A stretch of DNA of 14,164 nucleotides, taken from NCBI GenBank assembly GCA_050124795.1, contig JASFEO010000021.1, positions 1-14,164 on the forward strand. Reading direction: 5' to 3'. Of this stretch, positions 9,001 through 13,238 are shown one piece after another (position 1 is the stretch's first letter; the number at the start of each line of letters is the position of its first letter). Below the pieces are notes generated by a model. The model searched no databases, was not told the origin of the DNA, and was given only the letters and a program-made list of their open reading frames with translations. Made by a program: the position numbers and the translations under genes. This stretch comes from Candidatus Pacearchaeota archaeon. Its GTDB lineage: Archaea > Nanobdellota > Nanobdellia > Pacearchaeales > GW2011-AR1.

Positions 9001-10472
9001 CAGTGAGTTTTTACAGGCAGGACGATGATGCCGGAACCATGTATGCTGATTGGTTTGTTGTTGAGGCGCCTTTTTTAGATGTTCGACGCGGAAGTTTTGA
9101 TATTACTGGCGGTACGAGTCCGGTGCAGACCTCTTTTAGTGCAGTAGTTAATTCAACAAGATCATTTCACACTTCTTATTGGGATTCAACTGGGGATGGA
9201 ACTACTCATGCGAATGCTATTGTGACAACTGAGATTACAAGCACGACTAATCTTCAAACTATTACCGGAACAACTGCGGGAAATGTTAAGAATGTTTCAT
9301 ATGAGGTCATTGAAATAAAGGAATTGGATTCTCCTGAAATAAGTTTATCTTATCCAGAAGATGATGTGAATTTTTCCGGCAGTTTTATTGATGCTTTTAA
9401 TTTTACTGTGGCTGATTTTAGTTCAATTGCGAATTGCTCTTTGTTTGGAAACTGGTCGGGCGGGTGGCATAGAAATCAAACTGTTGATAGTCCTAGTAAG
9501 GATATTGGATTAAATTTTTCTTCTTTGAACGTTACTGAGGATAATTTTTATAAATGGAATGTTGAATGCACTGATGTATATGGGAATGTTGGGTATGGCA
9601 ATTCTAATTTTACTTTTTCGTCATTTTTGTTTCCTTATTCTCCTTTATTATTTAATATAAGCCAGACAACAAATGACGGGACAGGAGATGTGACTTTGTT
9701 TTGGAATTCTACAAATCATTCTACCTCTTATAAGATTTATTCGGGAAGTGATTTGTCAAGTTTAGTTTATCTTGATGAGACAAGTTATTTAAATTATACT
9801 GATACTAGTTTTGAGGGAAATAGGAGAATGTTTTATCAGGTGTATGCTGTGAATCCTGTTGGGCAAAATGCAAGTGGGGAGTATTTTGGAAGTCATGTTT
9901 ATTCGTTGAAGCATAATGGATTGACTCGAAATTGGGTTGGGTTTCCGACTAATTTTAGTTATCTTGTTGATGCAGATGATACTTTGAATGAGATTACAAA
10001 TGCAACTGCTGTGACTATGTATAATGCAACCAGGCAGAGAAAGGTTACCTGCAATGAGTTTTCCTGCCCTGATTTCCCCTCGTGCACAGAGACAAATTGT
10101 AATTTTGGGATTTCTGCAGGAGCAGGTTATGAGGTTGATATTAATTCTTCAGCTCCGAGTGAAGTGAATTGGTCGGGGGTTGGAATTGTAAGAGAACCTG
10201 TTAGTGTTGATTTAATTAAGAATTCAACGAGTTTTGGAAAGAATTGGATTAGTATGACTGCATCAACTACTTTAACAAATGCTCAGAGTTTGTTTGAGAG
10301 TATTTCAAATGCTGATGCTGTTACAAGGTGGAATAGTGCAACTCAGGAATCTGAAGGGTTGATTTATCTTCCTCTTTTTGGAGGAATTTATATCGGGGAA
10401 AATTTTAATATAAATATGGAGGAGGGTTATGAGGTCTCTGTTACAGGAGATGAATCATGGGGGCAAGAATGA
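3..10472 (+). CDS. Giant multi-domain surface glycoprotein / adhesin-like protein (5'-partial, >3,480 aa): LamG-like tail, ~25 Ig-like repeats, 2x4 H-type-lectin-like repeats, FN3, paired C-terminal repeats
   Basis: Frame is open from nt 3 (NTDNHEGNQLSGNFDGRIADLVYWS), so the TTG at 30 is probably not the real start. No signal peptide in the window. FDGRIADLVYW resembles the last strand of LamG/ConA-like jelly rolls (FxGxIDEVxIY). ~85-100 aa beta-rich repeats are joined by D-x-x-x-P linkers. Very dense N-x-S/T sequons, acidic. Stop TGA 10470-10472. Confidence 0.92.
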   Translation, partial: NTDNHEGNQLSGNFDGRIADLVYWSDGFFITAQNFSDIYDLGFALPPEVTINLPIEQNYSSSSIDFNVTLGEEGSCNYTLDEGGTNNSMSTLDDYEFFATNNSIADGQYMVRYYCAGLTGALNFTETRNFGIDTTNPVIEIIYPENKNYSYNTSIELNFSLTELNSDSCWYNLDEGSNTSLVDCQNSTFNASEGAHTLYVFANDSAGNFGTDQKSFFVDSVYPEISFGSGVEVDYANKSQSFIFANVSVIEDNEVNITFGLYDENYSVINETTFFSSVRSINFTGLGNGIYYYNVSVVDFANNFNFTQTRKITLDTSGPEITIAEPEDSKTYAINESLPLNYSVSDFLLLVDSCWWNLDGNSNSSIECGQNTTFNASDGDHIINFWANDSLGNVVYSNSSFAVSTLGPGITLNLPSDATYLDYLQNINFTYTPTDPDGVDTCVLYGDWGSGWHANQSDSVISNASLNEFIVNMTSDGDYIWNVWCNDTLGLTSFALSNYSFTLDTTSPVISFAPSFQSYDEELEWGYEGNPTNPENAVDEDFGTFATIDSPGEIDFIYVNYSVPMYVSSADLEYLVDWDVSAGEIQCFDYILSDWVLLDVMENNVQTNASVPVNCYADDKLQIRAYRSLSPGPGSVDFYEEKINWNVVSSEINEANKSENFVIVNVLVDEANFASISFDLFNDEGLVNSTVYYEETWGINFTNLNDDVYYYNATITDLANNKDYTQTRKITLDVTNPNATFVSPENDTYSNNVTQNFTVDVEDNIELVNATLYIFNSVGSLVYNSTVVLAGATFATVGVVYEFLSDGVFTWFYKVFDLAGNEYATENRTITIDTLNPVINFTVGTEDDGGEFERRFIFANVSVNETNFANITFSLSNDSGVVNESVFFDDTRSINWTDLSNANITYYYNVTVTDLANNINSTETRSIKLFDSVSPSLTLVNPTNTTYSYNESISLDYVASDLNLDSCWYNLDGGGNMSLPDCENTTIDVSDEQSHTLYLYANDSVGFVSNDNVTFFVNSSLVVTDDWIVYRDSTSVDGSSTDNIGSAVDSGKAFILLTARDGDSGPDSLQVTGKFLNSQTLQFDNYATGEVATAAWQVITGPDLDVQRGEVNYGTTNSSFSVDIDEVNLSNSFIIVYNRLNSGTNADNDEGFWRGSFSGSSSISFSRDVTGDAGVVSWQVVSWEGASVQSGSVSSGSNSYIEDITSAIDTEKSFLIFSSSGNGGLDDNHYGGYIINSTNLEFYRQDNDATMNIEWFVVELNSFRVESGSTSLTGSAGPFNAGLTRTLGDLSKSFSLAFADSTGGGTTFANAIFTHGLSSTSNIQFYKGTSSQTNNASYQVIELVEVVPPVVNLIEPVDSENFSSSIINWFKYNVSDDSSITNCSLYGNWSGGWHLEDTQDSPAKDTENSFNAVDVADDGIYLWNVECFDAYSNSAWASSNFSFVVDETYPGISFASGVEEDYSNKSQSFIFVNVSVNETNFLNITYGLYNESYSVVNETSFFDETLTINWTGLDEGIYYYNVSIYDVVGHFNSTSTRKITLDTTNPVIEIIYPENKNYSYNTSIELNFSLTELNSDSCWYNLDEGSNTSLVDCQNSTFNASEGAHTLYVFANDSAGNFGTDQKSFFVDSVYPEISFGSGVEVDYANKSQSFIFANVSVIEDNEVNITFGLYDENYSVINETTFFSSVRSINFTGLGNGIYYYNVSVVDFANNFNFTQTRKITLDTTNPNATFVSPENDTYSSNVTQNFTANVSDNIELVNATLYIFNSLGSLVYNSTVVLVGATFATVGITYEFLSDGVFTWFYKVFDLAGNEYATENQTITIDTLNPVINFTVGTEDSGENFSRSWIFANVSVNETNFANITFSLFNLSESINETTFFDETRTINWTGLDDGFYYYNATITDLADNINSTETREIGLDTTGPVVEIVYPEAKAYGYNVSLPLNYSISDNLVGYDSCWWHLDGGVNQSISCGQNTTFNTSDGEHTLYFYSNDSFNNVGGDEVTFSVSTTGPAIILDEPLNNTFFNSTQIIMFNYTATDPDGVDVCNLYGDWAGGWHLNDSFDDATDNETLSGNFSVEFNGDGNFKWNVMCNDTLSWETWALTNNTFTIDSIVPKISFSAGVENDESNFSRNWLFVNVSVNETNEANITFGLFNDEGLVNNSVFFDGTRSINFTNLNDDVYYYNVTIVDFANYKNFTETRTITLDFHNPNATLLSPENETFALNATQNFTANVSDNIGLLNATLYIFNSTGHLIYDSTVVLAGATFATVGIVYNFLSDGVFTWFYKVFDIAGNEYNTENRTITIDTHYPQIEYVNGTEDDGSEFERDFVFVNVSVSEGNFANMTYTLYNNTGGLTLVNETTYFNLTESINWTGLNDQNVTYFYLVKVVDLANQENSTATWSLKLIDVTNPSVYISSPQNLNYSYNESLDLNYSVSDLHLDECYYNLDNSTNVSLPGCLNATFNASQGSHVLYFYAEDELGNINNSEEVSFLVDSVEPLLDFVVPTPLNAGYWNKDSLFVNTSITEENVANVTYTLYNNTGGLVLLNETTYYEKINFINWTIAEGNYSYNASVFDIVNYNVSSEMRGVTVDLTYPEVSFGWGTEDNASEFERDWIYVDVSASDDNFANITFELYNDTAGLTLVNSTTYNELNLSINWTGLSDLNVTYYYNVSVTDLANNVNSTGARMIKLVDITLPSLLMTTPENKTYNYDTNIPLVYSASDTHLDGCWYNLDGGGNVTIPDCANTYFDAEDGLSHILYLFANDSLGLVNQTNVSFFVNSSLIFTDYYKVLRSSVFVDGSQDASIGETVDPAKSFVRHTSRSSDSGPDSLFVKGDFLNSQTLQFENYAAGAGANVEWEIVTGPDLSVQRDEVSYGTSNLTIQVPINQVDLSDSFIIISTSGNSGTQDYNQQARWRASFYNDTMVVLNRGVSGNVAGEISLQVVSWDGASVQGGSFSISSSGGTDSLTPVNLENSFLVFSSTTDSSTALDYNNVGGFIADANTVSFYRQDDDAGTMYADWFVVEAPFLDVRRGSFDITGGTSPVQTSFSAVVNSTRSFHTSYWDSTGDGTTHANAIVTTEITSTTNLQTITGTTAGNVKNVSYEVIEIKELDSPEISLSYPEDDVNFSGSFIDAFNFTVADFSSIANCSLFGNWSGGWHRNQTVDSPSKDIGLNFSSLNVTEDNFYKWNVECTDVYGNVGYGNSNFTFSSFLFPYSPLLFNISQTTNDGTGDVTLFWNSTNHSTSYKIYSGSDLSSLVYLDETSYLNYTDTSFEGNRRMFYQVYAVNPVGQNASGEYFGSHVYSLKHNGLTRNWVGFPTNFSYLVDADDTLNEITNATAVTMYNATRQRKVTCNEFSCPDFPSCTETNCNFGISAGAGYEVDINSSAPSEVNWSGVGIVREPVSVDLIKNSTSFGKNWISMTASTTLTNAQSLFESISNADAVTRWNSATQESEGLIYLPLFGGIYIGENFNINMEEGYEVSVTGDESWGQE
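405..951 (+). repeat. Intragenic direct repeat, copy 1 (547 bp; one A-type plus one B-type Ig module)
   Basis: Base-by-base reading matches 4632..5178 with no mismatch seen; offset 4227 bp = 1409 codons, in frame. Confidence 0.95.
2204..2501 (+). repeat. C-type Ig-like module copy 1 of 3 (others ~5177..5474 and ~6621..6914)
   Basis: All three share NPNAT..SPEN / NATLYIFNS / GATFATVG / FLSDGVFTWFYKVFD(L/I)AGNEY.TEN.TITIDT; 2204..2253 is identical to 5177..5226. Confidence 0.9.
3081..4031 (+). repeat. Cassette 1 of four tandem ~80-aa beta repeats (H-type lectin / tail-fibre-like)
   Basis: Units begin VYRD/VQRG/VQSG/VESG, contain KAF/NSF/KSF/KSF and end WQVIT/WQVVS/WFVVE/YQVIE. Repeat structure is seen directly; the fold is inferred. 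Confidence 0.75.
4632..5178 (+). repeat. Intragenic direct repeat, copy 2 (547 bp)
   Basis: Runs from ACAAATCCTGTAATTG to GATTACGCTTGATACAA, same as 405..951; protein TNPVIEIIYPENK...TQTRKITLDT is identical. Confidence 0.95.
8358..9317 (+). repeat. Cassette 2 of four tandem ~80-aa beta repeats, paralog of 3081..4031
   Basis: Shared DSGPDSL, FLNSQTLQF.NYA, TGPDL.VQR.EV.YGT, QVVSW.GASVQ, FYRQD, DSTG.GTT.ANAI. Confidence 0.8.
9633..9875 (+). other. Fibronectin type III-like domain within the giant protein
   Basis: P..P...VTLFWN......YKIY......YTDT......FYQVYAVN..G pattern typical of FN3. Confidence 0.7.
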
Positions 10473-11902
10473 TGAGAAAAAAATTATTTATTTTGCTTGG
10501 AATTTTGTTTTTGTTAAATGTGAGTTTAGTTAGTTCGCATTTTGTTTGCGGTGTTGTTGAGAATTCAGATGATAATTTTTCAGCGTCGTGGTTTAATGTT
10601 AATGTTTTTTATTCAGATGATGAATTGGATTTTACAACTTGTGAAGTGAGTCCCCAGGAAAATAAATATTGTTGTGATGTTGAAGATGTGGATGAGAATT
10701 GGGATGTTGGAGATGTTGTTTTGGCAAAGGTTTCTGATTATGCTTTTGGGTATGTGGCAGGACCTGTTTCAGTTGTTTTGAGTAATGAAGGCTATGATGT
10801 TGCTTCAACAATGAAACTTGAAAAAGTGATTAGTGTTTATTCACCGAAGGGAAAAGTAATTTTGTCTAATGAAACCAGTTTCTTTTTGAATGCAAGTTTT
10901 TTGTCTCCTTATAATTTTATTGAGGCTAAAATAAATAATTTGGAGAAGGAAGTTTTGTGTGAAGACTGCGAAAGTTATGAAGGAAATTTTTCAGGAGAGT
11001 TTGGAATGAATGATTTGAGAATTTTTGCAAGCTCAGGGGAGGAGACTTTTAGTGAAAATGTTTCTTTTGCAATGTTGTCTGGTTTTGATTTTAATCGCGA
11101 GGCTGAGTGCAAGGGGTGCAGGAATAATTATGTTAGGTCTTCAAGGCTTGTTAATATGAAATTAGGTTTGAATTTGTCAAATGAAGTTTCCGGATTTTTG
11201 TTAAAAGAGTATGTTCCTTCTTCATGGGAGGTTTTGGATTCAGGTAGTGGAGAGTTAAAAAGTTTTAATGAGAATTATAATTTGATTGTGTGGAATGTTA
11301 GTGGTGAGGACATTTTTGTTAATTATTCTGTTGAGTCCCCAAAGATTGGTTTTCGGCCGCAGGAATTTTTATTTAAGTCAGAGTTAGAGAATCTTGTTTT
11401 AAATGAGGAAGAAATTTTAGTTAAAAGGTTTTTTTCTTTTTTTTCAAAGAAGAATTCTTTTTCTTTTTACAAAATGATTTCAGAAAATGCCGTTAGGGTT
11501 GATGAGGGTCATCCGCTTGTTTTTGATAGTGATGATAAACTTATTCACGGAGGAGTGTTTGTCAATAAAAAAATAAATAATGCAAAGTTTAAAATTTATG
11601 AATCTGGTTTTTTGTCTCCTTATAGAAATTTGGAAATTGTTAAAGGATATTCTGTTTTGACAAATTTGGGTTGGAGTGATGTTGAAAAGGTTTCATTTGA
11701 ATTGAAGGTAAAAAAGAAAGATGATTTGGAAAAAGATAAATTGGAATTTTTTGTTAAGAATTTTAAATGGGATGAAATTGAACCAGTGAGTGTTAAGGAG
11801 GATGAAGAGTTTTTTTATTTTTCTTTTGAGACAAAATTATTTAGCAAGTTTTTTATTGGAAAAGAAAAGGAGAGTTTTTTTAGGAGCTGGTTTAGACGAT
11901 AA
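10469..11902 (+). CDS. Secreted/surface protein: signal peptide, Cys-rich N-domain, Ig/DUF11-like middle, degenerate PGF-pre-PGF-like C-domain
   Basis: ATG at 10469 or 10472 overlaps the upstream stop (ATGATG), preceded by GGGGG 10459-10463, so more likely than the track's 10457. MMRKKLFILLGILFLLNVSLVSS-H is a Sec-type signal. C-terminal VSFELKVKK...KWDEIE...DEEFFYFSFETKLFSKFFIG follows the PGF-pre-PGF pattern (FKV.K...W..L...YY.A.TPGFS.FAI). Confidence 0.8.
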   Translation: MMRKKLFILLGILFLLNVSLVSSHFVCGVVENSDDNFSASWFNVNVFYSDDELDFTTCEVSPQENKYCCDVEDVDENWDVGDVVLAKVSDYAFGYVAGPVSVVLSNEGYDVASTMKLEKVISVYSPKGKVILSNETSFFLNASFLSPYNFIEAKINNLEKEVLCEDCESYEGNFSGEFGMNDLRIFASSGEETFSENVSFAMLSGFDFNREAECKGCRNNYVRSSRLVNMKLGLNLSNEVSGFLLKEYVPSSWEVLDSGSGELKSFNENYNLIVWNVSGEDIFVNYSVESPKIGFRPQEFLFKSELENLVLNEEEILVKRFFSFFSKKNSFSFYKMISENAVRVDEGHPLVFDSDDKLIHGGVFVNKKINNAKFKIYESGFLSPYRNLEIVKGYSVLTNLGWSDVEKVSFELKVKKKDDLEKDKLEFFVKNFKWDEIEPVSVKEDEEFFYFSFETKLFSKFFIGKEKESFFRSWFRR

Positions 11903-12242
11903 GATTTATTAATTCTGTTTTATTGTTTTTATTGATAAATATGAAAAATAATGTGATTGCATTTAAGTCGCATTTTCTTAAACCAAAGATTATTCTTTTT
12001 TTATCTTTTATTTCTGGCTCTATTACTTTATTTTTTTTAAATTCTAAAACTATCTGGTTTTCAGAAATGAAAAATTCTTTAATAGGCACATTTGTAATTT
12101 TATCAAGATAAATTTCTTTTGCATTTTTTATTTTTTCAAATTTTGCATGATTACCTTTTTTTACAGGAGCAATAACCTCATATTTTTTCATTAAAGAATT
12201 TATGAACTCTTCTAACCTCTTTTTTTCCAGTATTTTTTGCAT
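11892..12242 (-). pseudogene. Truncated N-terminal fragment of a group 3b [NiFe]-sulfhydrogenase beta subunit (HydB) / AsrA-family Fe-S protein
   Basis: YEVIAPVKK, P(I)KEFF..E and IIFGLRKCDLNAI match the family N-terminus (G.R.CD..AI). Only 116 aa. The expected DPYY..RR and C-terminal 4Fe-4S Cys motifs are absent in all three frames past ~11955. Confidence 0.75.
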
Positions 12243-12274
12243 TTTGTCTTATTACAAGTTCGTCAATAAACTAT

Positions 12275-12973
12275 TTAAATTTTCCTGGAAATTTTTTCAA
12301 TTTTTTTCAATTCTTTTTTTTGTTTTTTTATCTTTTCTAATTCCTGCATTCTAATTTTTCTTTCTATGCATTTTAAATCATTTTTTTTGCATACAATTTC
12401 TTCTTTTTTTTCCTTTAGGTTATCAATTTTTTCATGGTCCTTCATTTTTTTTAGTTTTACGAATATTTTTTTGAAAATGGCCTTTAATAAATTCAATATT
12501 AGAATAAGAATTATGAATATTATAAGAAGTGATATAAACAGGCTGATACTTGTTGGAAGTTCTGAGTAGACAAATAAAATTAAGATATATGCAATGGTGT
12601 TTAATGTAATCGGGGAACTTATTTTACGGCTTATTTTTTCAGGCAAAATATGTTCAAAATTAACAAATAAAATTACTAATCCTAAAACGAATGTTATTGT
12701 TGAGATTGTAAATTTTAGAGGGAACATTGTTATATTTATTAGTCCTTGCCCATTAAGTGAAAAAAAATGTTTGAATGTTGCTGCTGAAACAAAGATTAAA
12801 ACCAATGAGTTTGCAACATGGGTATTCCATCCCGGATTTTCATCTTTATATTTTTCAAAATAAACAACAGTGATTATTGTGGCGATTGCTAGTGGGTAAA
12901 TTGTCCAGAGAATTTCTGATTTAAATGTGAGTTGAATTAAGTATATTAGGTTTGAAAATATCTCATGAATCAT
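12275..12973 (-). CDS. Uncharacterised multi-pass membrane protein (about 5-6 TM) with Lys/Glu-rich coiled-coil C-tail
   Basis: Hydrophobic segments ILWTIYPLAIATIITVVYF, VANSLVLIFVSAATF, FTISTITFVLGLVILFVNF, ITLNTIAYILILFVY, LFISLLIIFIILILILNLL; polar loop YFEKYKDENPGWNT; charged helical tail. Confidence 0.85.
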   Translation of the reverse strand: MIHEIFSNLIYLIQLTFKSEILWTIYPLAIATIITVVYFEKYKDENPGWNTHVANSLVLIFVSAATFKHFFSLNGQGLINITMFPLKFTISTITFVLGLVILFVNFEHILPEKISRKISSPITLNTIAYILILFVYSELPTSISLFISLLIIFIILILILNLLKAIFKKIFVKLKKMKDHEKIDNLKEKKEEIVCKKNDLKCIERKIRMQELEKIKKQKKELKKIEKISRKI

Positions 12974-12995
12974 TTTATTATTTTAAAACAAAGTT

Positions 12996-13004
12996 ATTTT
13001 AAAT
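12996..13004 (-). promoter_or_regulatory. Candidate archaeal TATA box for the membrane protein gene (leaderless)
   Basis: Minus strand reads ATTTAAAAT, with TTTAAA ending ~24 nt before the ATG at 12973. The region is very AT-rich, so specificity is low. Confidence 0.4.
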
Positions 13005-13034
13005 ATGTTGTTAATAATATTGTAAACAATAATG

Positions 13035-13042
13035 TTTATAAA
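13035..13042 (+). promoter_or_regulatory. Archaeal TATA box (TTTATAAA) for the RHH / surface protein operon
   Basis: Consensus TTTATAAA with an A-rich BRE-like segment upstream, ending 22 nt before the ATG at 13065; spacing fits a leaderless transcript. Confidence 0.7.
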
Positions 13043-13046
13043 GCAA

Positions 13047-13075
13047 AGTCACTATTGGTGACTAATGGTGACTAA
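13047..13075. promoter_or_regulatory. Putative operator: three GTGACT half-sites (one inverted pair plus a 10-bp tandem repeat)
   Basis: AGTCAC(13047-52)-N5-GTGACT(13058-63); TGGTGACTAA occurs twice in tandem (13056-65, 13066-75) across the start codon. Confidence 0.7.
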
Positions 13076-13238
13076 AGAAAAAGGGGGGCAGAATACTGTT
13101 AAGATTGATGGGGCTCTTCTTTGCAGGATAAAAAAACTTTTTAATGATGGAGAAATAAAAATTCAATATCCGACAATTAAAAATTTTGTGAATGTGGCTG
13201 TTTTAAAATTATTAAAGGAGGAAGAGAAAAATGAATAA
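13065..13238 (+). CDS. Small ribbon-helix-helix (CopG/Arc/MetJ-like) DNA-binding protein, 57 aa; not in ORF track
   Basis: MVTKEKGGQNTVKIDGALLCRIKKLFNDGEIKIQYPTIKNFVNVAVLKLLKEEEKNE*: strand TVKID, helix A, YPT turn, helix B with FV..AV...L. TATA upstream; 8-nt overlap with the next gene. Confidence 0.8.
   Translation: MVTKEKGGQNTVKIDGALLCRIKKLFNDGEIKIQYPTIKNFVNVAVLKLLKEEEKNE
13215..13221 (+). promoter_or_regulatory. Shine-Dalgarno site for the CDS at 13231
   Basis: AAGGAGG, 9 nt upstream of the ATG at 13231. Confidence 0.7.

Noticed and set aside
11892-11955. Frameshift or readthrough restoring the hydrogenase subunit
   Set aside because: The other two frames stop quickly without family motifs, and downstream DNA is occupied by the opposite-strand gene.
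11923-12863. Plus-strand ORFs 11923-12111, 12366-12569, 12594-12863
   Set aside because: Antisense to better-supported genes; Phe-rich mirrors of Lys codons.
12978-13003. Direct repeat TTATTTTAAA x2
   Set aside because: All A/T in a very AT-rich spacer; likely chance or part of the TATA element.
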